Assembly: GCA_951406725.2 (NCBI GenBank)
Contig: OX597814.1
Location: 111,290,001 to 111,354,000 of the forward strand
Source of the DNA: Octopus vulgaris
Taxonomy: Eukaryota
DNA: 64,000 nucleotides
Reading direction: 5' to 3'
Shown: positions 54,349 to 64,000 of the stretch, in pieces
Numbering within the stretch: the stretch's first letter is position 1
How the letters are laid out: each line of letters starts with the position of its first letter
The notes under the pieces: model-generated
Database searches by the model: none
What the model was told of the DNA's origin: nothing
What the model saw: only the letters and a program-made list of their open reading frames with translations
Translations under genes and position numbers: made by a program

Positions 54349-57300
54349 TACATACATACAATCATGTTTAAAAGTAACTGTATTCTTATTGAACAAAATT
54401 CATCACACCCCACTCTCTCCCAAAAAGTCTTTTTTTAAGGAAAATAGAAAGCAATAAACTATAGCCCACATCTTGCGAACATTTATCTTCAGGGCTTTAA
54501 AGATATAATTGTTTCAACATTTAGTTTGTTTTCAGGTTGTTCCCCATTCTTACTTGGAACCAAATTTTCTGATGGATACATACATAACTCTTTTAGCCAT
54601 TAGAGATCATGTTGATTTAAGCTAGCTTGATTTACCTCAAGTAAAAAAAAAAAAACTAACATCACCACTGTTTATCACCGAAATCTAATAATGAATCACT
54701 ACTATGTTAGTCTTAAGTTACTTAATATTACTTTTGTTCACAACTTAAAAAAAAACAATACAAAACAACAAGAAATTTCAAGATCAATGAAAAACAAAAC
54801 GTAAGCAAAAGGTGTTTATATCGACTTACCCCCTTGTGAAGATTCATCTGTCATTTTCATCAATAATGCCATTTGTTGACGTTCAGATAAAGGGATCAGT
54901 CTTTGGCCACTTACAGGTGTTCGAGGTGTAACACTTGACCCGCTAGTAGGAGAACTATCTAATTGAATACTCCCACGCTTTCTCTTCTGAGGTGTTCCTT
55001 TCTTATCTATAACTGGAAAAATTACAATAAAAATGACATTTTGAATTCATTCGGGATTACAATTTTAGAAAATGACACAATTAGTATCTTTTAGATAACC
55101 ATTTAATACATAAAAGAAAGTTGCCTTAGACCAGTGGTTTTCAATTGGAGTCCATATGACTCTTGGGGATCCATTGTTGATAAGATTTATGTGCAATGAA
55201 TTGCTCATATTTTTACAATACACAAAATATAATTTTTTTTTAATACAATTCGTAGTGATATCTAATTATAAAAATGTAATAGGATTTTAAAAAATATAAA
55301 ACGGTTATGAGGGTCCAATTATCATCATTTAATGTCTGTTGTCCATACTGGCATGGGTTGAACAGTTTGACCAGGCTGGCATGCTGCACCAGACTCCAGT
55401 CTGATTTGGTATGGTTTTCTACAGCTGGAAGCCCTTCCTAACACCAACCACTCCGAGAGTGTAATGGGTGCTTTTACGTGCCACCAGCACAGGTGCCATT
55501 TGCAGGACACTGGGGTGCTTCTAAGTACCACCGGCATGGGTGCCATTTGCAGGACACTGGGGTGCTTTTATGTGCCACCAACACGGGTGCCATTTGCACG
55601 ACACCAGGGTGCTTTTACATCTCACCAGCATGAGTGCTTTTTATATATTGAAAAATATATTACTTATGTCTCCCCTTATCATTAACCATTGGAGAAAACC
55701 CTTTATAAGGAAATATTAAGAAATCATTAATAACAAGTACTTTGTTTCTATATTTAATGCATAGTCAGAGAGGTGACCAACCATGACATAACGAACCAAG
55801 AGTAAAATACTGCTCCTTGTCTTTGAAAAAAGCATTTTAATAAAAAAAACAAACACAATCTACAATAAAATACAAATGCCCGAGAAGACCAACATATTGT
55901 AAACAAACTAAAATGTATTCAGCAGCATACAAAAAGAGACAGTCACATATAGTAAACCTGGTTATAGAAAATGTTTTGTTATATATAATAATAATAATAA
56001 TCCTTTCTGCTATAGGCACAAGGCCTGGAATTTGTGGGGAGAGGGATAGTCGATCACATCAACCCCAGTACTTGACTGGTTCTTAATTTATCAACCCTGA
56101 AAGGTAAAGTTGACCCCGGCAGAATTTGAACTCAGAATGTAGCAGCAGATGAAATACCATTAAGCATTTCACCCAACGTGTTAACGGTTCTGTCACCTCA
56201 CCACCTTATATATTATAGTAATAAATAATAACTAGCTGGAAAACATAAAAAATGTAAGCATTTGTGAACAGTGTACTGGTGCCATGAGAAATGTTTGTAT
56301 ATTATGACCGTCTGTCTTTACGTTCTGAGTTTAAATTCTGCTGAGGTCGACATTACCTTTTGTCCTTTCAGAGTTGGTAAATTAAGTACCAGTTGTGTAC
56401 TGGGGTCGATCTAATCAACTGGCCCCCTCCCCACAAAAATTTCAGGCAAGGAAGAGTATAATGCGACAGTTACAGAATATAGGAAGTAATGTAACACCAA
56501 TGACTACATTAACGGAATTACTATTTAACCTTAAAATACATCGTACACATTCAAAGAACCTTCTTGGTTTAGTGATATGGAACGTTTTTCTGGTATTCTT
56601 TTACTTGCTTCAGTCATTTAACAGTGGCCATGCTAGAGTACCACCCTTTAATTGAAGAAATTGCCCCCTGGACTTATTACCTGTAAGCCTGGTGCTTATT
56701 CTATCAGTCTCTTCTGCTGAACAGCTACATTACAGGGACGTAAACGCACCAATATCGGTTGTCAAGCAATGATGGTGGTGAGACAAACAGACACATATTT
56801 ATACATACATACATATATGATGGGCTTGGAGGTAGTAGTGATCCTGGCTGGTGCAATTTTGTGGTTTGCTGGTATGCCGAGAGAGATCCAACAGGCCCCT
56901 AAGTGGTTCCCTGATCTTAAAGGATTAATGATGGAGTGGCTGGTGTGGTGGTGATGCTAGCTGGTGCAGTGGTCTTCCTCACAGTACTTCATGGTAGATA
57001 ATACTTTGTGTGTATATCACACTGACCTTGTTTGTTATCCCAAGTGTCATAACTCTTACTTTGATATTGTTCATAGCTTGTGCTCTTGAAAATGCAACAT
57101 ATAATTGGCCATGAGAAAATACTGGTTGAGGCAAATGCATGCCAACTTTTTTCAAATGTTTGCTCTTGTGCCTTATTAATTGTCATTGAATATGCAAGTC
57201 GAAGTGGAAACTAAAGTCTGTTTAGTGTGAATGGAATATTTGCATCACTTAGGCTAAGTTTAATTCTGGGAATTAGAACTCTATGACCTCTGTTGGAGCC

Positions 57301-59908
57301 TGTTACCAATGATGCCTCTACACAATATTCATGAAGTCTTTGCACTTTCATTTGAGTTCCATTACATAATCCTTGACTAATCGAAAGATTTAGCAGCATT
57401 ACAATAGCGATGAGGAGGCATACCAGATGGAGTAAGTGAGATTATGAATTCAAATGGATAGTTCTGAACCTCCTCTTCCTTATTGCAGGATACTAAATCT
57501 GTGCTTAAGTATGTGCCTCTGGTATAATATTAAGAACTTTTTCATTTATTACAAGACAGTCAGAACTTTTAGGAAATAAAATTACTCGTTTTTGCACTTC
57601 TTCTGGTGTGCAGTTGTTGAAAATTTCTGGGTACAAATGTACAAATTGAAATGCAAAAGAATGAAATAGTAAATGGATTTATGAATGAAAGTTTGGTAAT
57701 TGCATTTATTTCCACTATGTGACACTTATTATTGCAAACATATTTTAACTCACCTAAACTATACACACACACACACACAAATTCATTTATATATATATAT
57801 ATATATGTCTTGAGTTGTAGCTGTAATTCAAAGGGACTAGCCTTGTCATATTCTGTATGAGGCTGAATTTCCCTGAGAACTATGTTAATGTTATGCATGT
57901 CTGTGGAGTACTCAGTCATTTGTGAGTTAATTTTATCCTTGAATGGTAATAAAAAGTGAAACTGACAGCCAGTATTTGCCATATCTATGTAAGAACTTTT
58001 CTTCGGATTTGTCTCTCTCTCTTTCTCTTAACTTCCTTTGTGTCCCTTTTCTCTCTTGCTTTTGATTTAACACTGTGCATATGTATCTATGTATCTACTC
58101 TTGCCATGTGATAAAAATTTAAAAACACAAAACCAATGCCGTCACCACTCACTGTCTCTTTCTCTCTCACGTCCTCTCTGAAACATTTAAAAACAAAGCA
58201 AATGCCATCACCACTCCCTGTCTCTTTCTCTCTCACGTCCTCTCTGAAACATTTAAAAACAAAGCAAATGCCATCACCACTCCCTGTCTCTTTCATTCTC
58301 TTTCTCTCACTTCTTCTCTGTCCTCCTGTCTCTCACTTTGCCATTTCTTTGAAGTAAGTGTGATGCACACAACAGGTATGTACAAAAACAAAAAGCATAT
58401 TAATATGATTGATGAAGAGATTTCAATGGATTAAGAAAAAGGACTTTTGATGCTGTGAAAAAACAAAAGAAACTTTCACAATATCCTCTTCCAATATTGA
58501 TTTTTAGAATTATTTCCACAATTTTATGCCCCCTCCCCTCTCAAAAGATTTTTTTATTTTGCAAGGTACTTGGTGACCCTGTCAGTGCAGGTGCCACTTA
58601 AAAAACATCCAGCCCACACTGTAAAGTGGTTGGCATTTGGAAGGGCATCCAGCAGTAAAAACCTTGCCAAAACTGACCTCACGTGTGCTTGTGCCACGTA
58701 AAAAGCACTAAGTCCATTCTACTGAGTGGTTGGTGTGAGAAAAGGTGTCCAGCTGTAAAAATCCTGCTAAAACAGTCAGAGAAGTCTGGGTCAGGCTTCT
58801 GCTTAGTTGGCTTCTATCAAACTGTCCCACCCATGCCAGCATGGAAAGCAGAGGTTAAACGATGAATGATAATTGACTCATGAAAGTTTTCACTCAGGTG
58901 GCAGTGAGTTCAAGAGAGCAGCAGTTTGAGAAAAGGAGCTATTGGAATAAAAAGATTCATGGGCGATAGGAATTTCAACAAAGAAATGATGTGCTTGGGA
59001 AGATAAACAGGGGACACATCTAAAAGGTCTGGACAGAGGGTACATCTCAAGAAAGTCCATCAGAGCGATGACTATGGCTATATTTACAGAAAAGACACAA
59101 TGAAGACACACTTCAACAACTCGTAGAAAAAAGAAGACCCACCAATCTAAAGATAACAACAATATTTAATGCAAGGTCAAACTGTGCCCTTACAAGGTAC
59201 TTGTGTAAGAAATTTGCAAACACAGAAACAAGATCCAACCTTCTTGGACTGAACATGTTTTTCCATAGGAGATCTTTGGTCAAAGTCAAACTAAGAAGTC
59301 CAAATACAGTAGCTTTCTGACTGATTGAGTCCACCCATAGCAATGGAAGAAAAGAATGACTGCCTATAACTATTCTTCTTCTTCTTTATGCCTTTAACCC
59401 TCCTATGTGGAGTATAGGCCACTTATAGTTGAATTCCATGTCGCATAATTTTTGGCTTCTGTACTAATACTCTGCCATGAATGTCCCCCTTTCTCTAGTT
59501 CCTTTTGTGTTGATCTCCACCACGAGTTCTCTTTCTATATCCATCTGGTTTCCACTGTAAAGCACTTTTCACAACATTTGGTGTGTCTTTTCTAATTGTG
59601 TTACCAACCCATTTCCACTTTTTCTTAAATATTTGCTCCCTAATCGAAACTTCATTAACTATTAACTGACGAAAATTTTGTCTTGCCAGCATTAAAAGTC
59701 ACCAGCCAGTCACTAACTTGTTCCATGACTGTGCAAAGATAATCCTCAAAAATGGCAGACTTACATAGTATGAAGATGAATGGGAGCGGGGAAGAGACAA
59801 AAGTGAAAACTGTTTCTTACCTTCTTCTTCTTGTGGGGAGCTTGGCATAATTATTTTCCTTTTCATACCTTTTCCATCTGACTGAACAGCTTTCAATATA
59901 GTCTTCTC
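17533..59908 (-). CDS. ANKRD12: Ankyrin repeat domain-containing protein 11/12 homologue (nuclear co-regulator), whole spliced gene span, 12 coding exons, ~1,208 aa visible; 5' end possibly incomplete
   Basis: Exons 59908-59821, 55012-54830, 53968-53780, 51151-51009, 50119-49897, 47942-46044, 35171-34912, 31466-31338, 27190-27092, 25925-25782, 24110-24015 and 17706-17533 all have AG/GT borders and chain in frame (3627 nt). Family hallmarks: PLSERQQMALLM, ankyrin repeats (GETPLHLAA, GWTPLHEAC, DTPLHDAS), HPRKRK, and a C-terminal domain (QEQARYKLRLQHLIEKEKL...QFISWIQDV...HVPMVQVNDDFDLLP). An invertebrate gene like this is expected to be co-orthologous to ANKRD11 and ANKRD12. Confidence 0.92.
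19987..20310 (+). mobile_element. Near-complete CORE-like SINE (representative copy)
   Basis: ggcacaggagtggctgtgtggtaag head, gttcagtccc B-box-like motif, ttgggcaagt core, gactgaaacaagtaaaagaata tail. Other copies: ~2670-2830(-), 5050-5185(-), 11160-11400(+), 21410-21795(-), 37725-38105(-), 60200-60530(-), 60608-60760(+). Confidence 0.82.
20640..21148 (+). mobile_element. Non-autonomous retroelement sharing the RTE LINE 3' end (representative of ~20 copies)
   Basis: Repeated gtgcc(g/a)gtggcacgtaaaa modules, then gtggttggcgttaggaagggcatccagctgtagaaac...ccaacccatgctagcatggaaag...(gat)n, as at 4670-4860. Copies include 18428-18820(-), 19150-19410(-), 27355-27515, 32500-32890, 52490-52632, 55320-55640(-), 61915-62336 and 63420-63588. 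Confidence 0.85.
24015..24110 (-). CDS. ANKRD12: ANKRD11/12-like exon [32 protein letters not shown]
   Basis: 96 nt, phase 0/0, ttatag acceptor, GTGAGA donor. Confidence 0.93.
25782..25925 (-). CDS. ANKRD12: ANKRD11/12-like exon EKLMLSIEQEMLREHARAARAQNNQAVPLSVCTILRDEEIYNLIEVEQ
   Basis: 144 nt, phase 0/0, tcgtag acceptor, GTTTGT donor; conserved C-terminal domain. Confidence 0.93.
26800..27027. mobile_element. piggyBac-type MITE, family B
   Basis: TTAA-CCCTTT...AAAGGG-TTAA ends; near-identical internal sequence at 42828-43057, 43081-43303 and 49636-49863. Confidence 0.85.
27092..27190 (-). CDS. ANKRD12: ANKRD11/12-like exon LSPPNSVTGSMRDLFLDQEQARYKLRLQHLIEK
   Basis: 99 nt, phase 0/0, ttgtag acceptor, GTAAAG donor. 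Confidence 0.93.
30953..31179. mobile_element. piggyBac-type MITE, family A
   Basis: Perfect inverted ends ttaaccctgtagcatt / aatgctacagggttaa; relatives at 39590-39816 and 42634-43318. Confidence 0.85.
31338..31466 (-). CDS. ANKRD12: ANKRD11/12-like exon VEDRRKNLTVVHPKAPQGFKDYLMMSCSYVLQGNSASTLSVPM
   Basis: 129 nt, phase 0/0, tgacag acceptor, GTTAGT donor; P.APQ...Y.....SY.L.G motif. Confidence 0.92.
33621..34392 (+). repeat. Minisatellite, ~27 units of 26/32 bp (gatgat[ggtgat]ggtgccatgtaaaaagcact)
   Basis: Seen directly; runs into the retroelement tail (cccagtacactctgtaaagtggttggcattaggaa...) that ends ~34565. Confidence 0.95.
34912..35171 (-). CDS. ANKRD12: ANKRD11/12-like exon (…NIHPRKRKLRPK…KPPNPYKTYLSIRKQ)
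   Basis: 260 nt, phase 1/0, ttttcag acceptor, GTAAGA donor; HPRKRK and NPY..YL.IRK motifs of the family. Confidence 0.92.
35240..36690 (-). mobile_element. Cluster of 5-6 same-orientation SINE copies separated by (AAT)n/(AGT)n
   Basis: gaaaggatgaaaggcaaagtc.acc...ggaatttgaactcagaa recurs near 35325, 35510, 35745, 36322 and 36575. Confidence 0.82.
35870..36210 (+). mobile_element. 3' fragment of an RLE-type LINE (R4/Dong-like)
   Basis: RRPDMII...EKTEKYQDLVREVKKL...IIPMVIGTLG: PD..K..KY..L restriction-like endonuclease pattern, with frameshifts. Confidence 0.75.
37015..37620 (+). mobile_element. Decayed RTE-clade LINE 3' fragment
   Basis: IKQLSSFNYLGTLITGD... and QLRFLGHVMRKGGLENLVMTRKIERKRGEGKRR. 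Confidence 0.82.
39590..39816. mobile_element. piggyBac-type MITE, family A
   Basis: ttaaccctttag...ctaaagggttaa; internal similarity to 30953-31179. Confidence 0.85.
42634..43318. mobile_element. Family A MITE containing two family B MITEs
   Basis: Family A left end at 42634 and right end at 43304-43318; family B copies at 42828-43057 and 43081-43303. Confidence 0.85.
45090..45468 (+). mobile_element. RTE-like LINE 3' fragment with (GAT)n tail
   Basis: LERQLDGTYTCLLMRAQNLSWK.HPT...YGKLPPVS...RRVQFAGHC.R; internal stops. Confidence 0.78.
46044..47942 (-). CDS. ANKRD12: ANKRD11/12-like large central exon, 633 codons, Ser/Thr-rich and probably disordered
   Basis: Poly-T/GCAG acceptor, GTATCA donor, 1899 nt, phase 1/1; core of the 714-aa ORF; contains FEDISDPED, poly-Ser, KVPPLRIIIP and RITRCLRS. 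Confidence 0.9.
48163..48535 (+). mobile_element. Non-autonomous Helentron/DINE-1-like element
   Basis: aacaagag start, aaagtttcatccaaatccatccagcggttcttgagatat core, (acaa)n microsatellite, aaaacaatacct...ggggtaacaa end; recognised by layout only. Confidence 0.55.
48618..48985 (+). mobile_element. Interspersed repeat, possibly Helitron-derived; inverted copy at ~27985-28285
   Basis: Shared actagct.gccc..tgcc..caaaaatgac.gctaa and cagagttgaaatgct...ccactacca.gtttgccatca blocks. Confidence 0.55.
49138..49584. mobile_element. hAT-like MITE (degenerate)
   Basis: caggggttggcaaa / tttgctggcccctg imperfect TIRs; TSD not clear. Confidence 0.55.
49636..49863. mobile_element. piggyBac-type MITE, family B
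   Basis: ttaaccctttc...gaaagggttaa; lies ~33 bp from the exon donor at 49896. Confidence 0.85.
49897..50119 (-). CDS. ANKRD12: ANKRD11/12-like exon, last ankyrin repeat plus Ser-rich tail (LVELLLKHGANPLQSNSRGQTPMDVA...)
   Basis: 223 nt, phase 0/1, tttccag acceptor, GTACTT donor. Confidence 0.92.
51009..51151 (-). CDS. ANKRD12: ANKRD11/12-like exon, ankyrin repeats (GWTPLHEACTRG...ENDTPLHDASASGHQK)
   Basis: 143 nt, phase 1/0, ataaag acceptor, GTAAAT donor. Confidence 0.94.
52151..52398. mobile_element. hAT (Charlie-like) MITE
   Basis: TIRs cagtggttctcaa / ttgagaaccagtg; 8-bp TSD atctaaag / atctcaag; partial relative at ~55132-55320. Confidence 0.82.
53780..53968 (-). CDS. ANKRD12: ANKRD11/12-like exon, first ankyrin repeat (KRNEHGETPLHLAAIKGD...GADVNVKDFA)
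   Basis: 189 nt, phase 1/1, GTAAAA donor; an alternative in-frame acceptor would start the exon at 53962. Confidence 0.93.
54830..55012 (-). CDS. ANKRD12: ANKRD11/12-like exon: IDKKGTPQKRKRG...IPLSERQQMALLMKMTDESSQG
   Basis: ttccag acceptor, GTAAGT donor, 183 nt, phase 1/1; carries the diagnostic PLSERQQ(M/V)ALLM motif. Not in the ORF track. Confidence 0.92.
57130..57560 (-). mobile_element. Helitron RepHel PIF1-like helicase remnant (pseudogene)
   Basis: YPFEFIISLTPSGMPPH...MLLNLSISQGLCNGT...VLIPRIKL...PFTLNRL*FPLRLAYSMTINKAQEQT matches the PIF1/Helitron motifs GLCNGTR, IPRI and FP.RLAFAMTINKSQGQT; stops and deletions present. Confidence 0.9.
58118..58294. repeat. 66-bp tandem repeat, ~2.7 copies
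   Basis: tttaaaaacaaagcaaatgccatcaccactccctgtctctttctctctcacgtcctctctgaaaca repeated. Confidence 0.9.
59372..59690 (-). mobile_element. RTE-clade LINE 3' fragment with (GAA)n tail
   Basis: IREQIFKKKWKWVGNTIRKD...KSALQWKPDGYRKR. Confidence 0.8.
59821..59908 (-). CDS. ANKRD12: ANKRD11/12-like exon 1 (visible): EKTILKAVQSDGKGMKRKIIMPSSPQEEE
   Basis: ttttag acceptor, G|GTAAGA donor; phase-1 end matches the next exon; KRK motif resembles the vertebrate N-terminus. An in-frame ATG at 59866 could be the start. Confidence 0.65.
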
Positions 59909-62900
59909 CTAAAATCACAGAACAAATTCCTGATTAAAATATGAAACTAGAAAAAGTACAAAAAGAACAAAGTATAAGAAGAGTTGATGTCTTGTTCAGG
60001 GGACAAGCAAATAGTTGCAACAACAAACTGAAATAAGTCCAAAAAGTTCAATGAAAACTTCTGGTTGTAACACAGCATCCCAAACAGTTAAAGACAAAAA
60101 TGGGTAAATATAACAATGGAAGATGTTGATTTCATGAGATTTTGAAGGTTTTTTTCATAAAAACCTGTATTTTCAACAAATTTAAGTTATCTTTTATCTT
60201 TTGCTTATTTCAGTAGTTAGACTGTGGCCATGCTGGCCTTAAATAATTTCTAGTCAAACGAATCAACCCAAATACTTATTCTATCATTCTCTTTTGCTGA
60301 ACTGCTAAGTTACAAGGATGTAAACACACCAACACTGGCTGTCAAGCAGTGGTGGGAGACAAACACAGACACAAAGACACACGTTAGGCTTCTTTCAGTT
60401 TCCATCTACCAAATCCACTCACAAGGTTTTGGTTAGCCAGATTATAGTAGAAGACACTTGCCCAAGGTGCCACACAGTGGGACCGAACCTGGAACCATGT
60501 AATAGGGAAGCAAGTTTCTTACCAGATATCCATGCCTTTATTATATAATAACTATTTCTATTGACATAATTACTATAAAATAACATTGCTGAAAATATAT
60601 CATAAGGGTGTGTGGTTAAGAAGCTTACTTCCCAAGCAGGTGGTCTTGGGTTCAGTCCCAATGTACAGTACCTTGGTTAAGCATCTTCTATAACCCCAGG
60701 TCTACTAAAGCCTTATGAGTAGATTTGGTAGATGGAAATTGAAAGAAGCCTGCTGTACGTGTGTGTATATTTGCATTTCCTTGTCTTGATATCATGTGAT
60801 AGTTGTAAACGAGTGTCACTGTCATATAAGCAGTGTCACTTACTTTCAATAATCTGCAAAAATATGTCTGGCCATGAGGAAATAATACACTGCTTGGAAA
60901 CAGGCGAGGGTTGGCAACAAGAAAAATATCTGTCCATAGAATATCTGCCTTAACAAAAACTCCATCGGACCCAATCAGGCATGGAAAAGTGAATGTTATG
61001 ATAATGATGATATAGAAATATAAATTTCTTACATTAGTACAAAGCCATCCATCAACAGGGATAACATATAGCTGACTGAACAGACCAGAGCTCATTTTTT
61101 TAAATAATATTTTATACACGGGCAGAGAGCTGGTAGAATTGTTAGCATGCCAGGCGAAGTGCTTAGCAGTATTTCATTCTGAGTTCGAATTCTGCTGAAG
61201 TCGACTTTGCCTTTCATCCTTTCGGGGTCGATTAAATAAGTACACACTGGGGGTCGATATAATCGACTTAATCCCTTTGTCTGTCCCCTCTATGTTTAGC
61301 CTCCTGTGGGGCAATAAAGAAATAAATATTTTATAGACTCCAGACAGATCTGAATTCAGGACATAGAGGAACCAATACTAATAAACACTGTAAGGGATAG
61401 ATTTTGCTTCCACCATACCCTGATGGCAGTAGCTTTTATCATTTTTTTGTTTGTTTCAGTGATTGGACTGCAGCCATGCTGGAGTACCACCCACAAGGTC
61501 TTAGTCAAACAAATCAACTCCAGTTGTTTTGTTATTTTTTTTTTTACTTATTTTATTTACTTAGTTTTGCCAACCTGCTAATTTAGTTGGTCATAAAGAA
61601 ATCAACATCAGTTGTCAAGTGATGGCGAGAAACAAACAAAGACACTCGCCTGGTGCAGGCGCTAGTTCTCCAGGCCTCAGTCAAACCTTCCAACCCATGC
61701 CAGCATGGAAGACGGATGTTATACGATGATGATGATGACACACATGCGTATACAATGGGCTTACACACAGCTTCTGTCTACCAATTCACACACAAGGTAT
61801 TAGTCAGCCTGGGACAGTAGTAGAAGACACTTAACCAAGGTGCCACACGGTGGGACTGAACCTGAAACCATGTGGTTGCAAAGCAAGCCTCATAACTACA
61901 CAAGTATAAATAGGCATGTGCTTGAGAAAACCAGTCAAGTCAAGTGAAATCGTAAGTGGTACCCATGCTGGTGGCACGTAAAAAGCACCTTTCAAGTGTT
62001 GGGCTTCACGGAGACAAAGTAGCTGAGATCCTTTTGAGTGTTGGGCCTCATGGAGGTAATGACTGAGACCTTTGGCATTATTGTGTGTTTGAGAAGACCC
62101 ATCAAGCCGAGCAAAATTACAGTTGTGGCAGATACCAATGCCATGCAAATGGCACCTGTGCTGGCGGCACATAAAAGCACTCATTACACTACTCTCAGAG
62201 TGGTTGGTATTAGGAAGGGCATCCAGTTGTAGAAAACCATGCCAAACCAGACTGGAATCTGGTGCAGCCTTCCAGCTTGCCAGGCCCAGCCGAACTGTCC
62301 AACCCATGGACAATGGAGATCAAATTGATGATGATGAGTGAGTGTGTTTGTGTGTGTGCCTGTCTTTATAATAGTTTGAAGTCTTCCAATAAGGAACAAG
62401 ATGGTTTCTAACAAAGAAACAAAGACAATTTGCTGAAATTTGCATAACAAAACAAAAAACATTACATTTTAAACTTTAATGAAGGCTTGTGTATTTATTA
62501 CTGTTCCACTTACTGACTGTATTCATAAAGTGTGTGTTAAGTGGCCACTTTCCTGGTCTGAAAACCCTAACTTTCCAAGATTGTCACTTAAACATTTATT
62601 AAGATAGTCAAGTGTACCAATAACCATTAGTATAAATGTGAATTTATAATCAAAGGATAGAAACAAGGTTTGAAGCAGTTGTACATAGCCTCCTTTTTTT
62701 TGAGTAACATTCACATCGGTAGATTAGTTAAACTTTATGATTATACAGTTTTTTTTTTTCTCTTTTATGTCCCAAACAATTACAATTAGATCTGTTAAGT
62801 TTGCACTTGATAGAAGTTTAAATGAGATTGCTCCACTAATATTCCTTGTGTTGGTATGTATGTATGTATGTGCTGGTGCCATGTGAAAAACACCCAGTCC

Positions 62901-64000
62901 ACTCTATGAAGTCATTAGCATTAGGAAGATCATCCAGCCATAACAACCACACCAACGCAGACACCAGATGGTGTTGGTACCATGTAAAAGCACCCAGTCT
63001 ACTCTATACAGTAACAGACATTAGAAAGAGCATCCAGCTGTAAAAACCATGCTAAAGCAGACAGTAACTGGCTTGCCATCATCATCATCATCATCATCCA
63101 GTGTTTTAAATCCAGGTTTTGTCCCTGTTAACAGGGGTGGTTGGATCTACTTTAATGCCATAGCAACTGAGGTAGGCAGGTGCAGCCCACCACAACCTTT
63201 GGGCTGGCTGGTGCCCATTCTCCTTTGATTTTTTTGGAGCTAGATTTTCTATAGGGAGCATGCCTTGCTTACCCCCAACCGCAGTTTCTAGAAATGAGTA
63301 GTCCTGAGACCAAGACCTCAACCATGGTTTTTAAGAAATGTGGTGGAAAACTAGTTCAGAAAGACAGGGATAGCCATTGATTGCAAGTCTAATATCTTTC
63401 ACAAAGCTATACCTCTAAAAAGCACGCACTACGCTCTCAGAGTGGTTGGCATTAGGAAGGGCATCCAGCTGTCGGAGTATTGCCAGATCAGATTGGAGCC
63501 TGGTGCAGCTGCTGGCTTTCCAGACCTCAGTCAAACCGTTCAACCCAAGCCAGCATGGAAAGTGGATGTTAAATGATGATGATGATGAAAATTGTGACAA
63601 TTGACATCTGCATGCATTCACCTCTGACATTTCTAAGTTGTTGTCAACCATAAGAAATAACTACCGTATCATTAGTCATTGTTAGTCAACAAGAAACCAT
63701 CCTCAGAAATAAAAAATCCAACAACCATTCTGTCTTTAAAAACGCGTGCAAAACTTTCAAGATCCAAACCTTAAAATAGCATGTTTTGAATAGAGAGAGA
63801 GAGAGATGAACATAATTATAACACAGCTCATAGATAGAAGTCTAACCCTACTGATATGCTGGGTACCTGTTATCTACATATCTGGAGGTGATGAAACTGG
63901 TGGTTTCTATGCCAGCAATGCGTTCAGGTTGAGCTGACAAAGGCTCAATGACATTTTGCTCTCTCTCTCTCTCTATTCCATCTCTAATCTGCAGGAGATT

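Noticed and set aside
57130-57560. Host PIF1 helicase gene nested in the intron
   Set aside because: In-frame stop, deletions and no splice structure; better explained as a Helitron remnant.
63857-63988. Possible upstream exon (ctgcag ... AG|GTACCC) with open frame IRDGIERERE...
   Set aside because: The open frame ends in phase 2 whereas the next exon needs phase 0, and the phase-0 frame has a stop; it could be 5'UTR but nothing supports that.

Overview
AT-rich, repeat-dense eukaryotic genomic DNA. The SINE/LINE repertoire and microsatellite load point to an octopus-like cephalopod (inference). One protein-coding gene occupies the minus strand: an ANKRD11/ANKRD12 co-orthologue. I reconstructed 12 phase-consistent GT-AG coding exons between 59908 and the TAG stop at 17533-17535 (about 1,200 aa; the first exon or start may lie outside the window). 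The rest is intron, a probable long 3'UTR and transposon debris: RTE, CR1 and RLE-type LINE fragments, at least three SINE families, TTAA-flanked piggyBac-type MITEs, hAT MITEs, mariner and Helitron remnants, and Penelope-like fragments. I found no convincing wholly new biological system. The best leads are a candidate alternative terminal exon whose stop codon overlaps AATAAA, degenerate hammerhead-ribozyme cores in Penelope-like fragments, a hairpin-unit minisatellite grown inside a retroelement tail, foldback elements around the last exon, a duplicated splice acceptor, and nested MITEs. All calls are by eye; no alignments or database searches were run.
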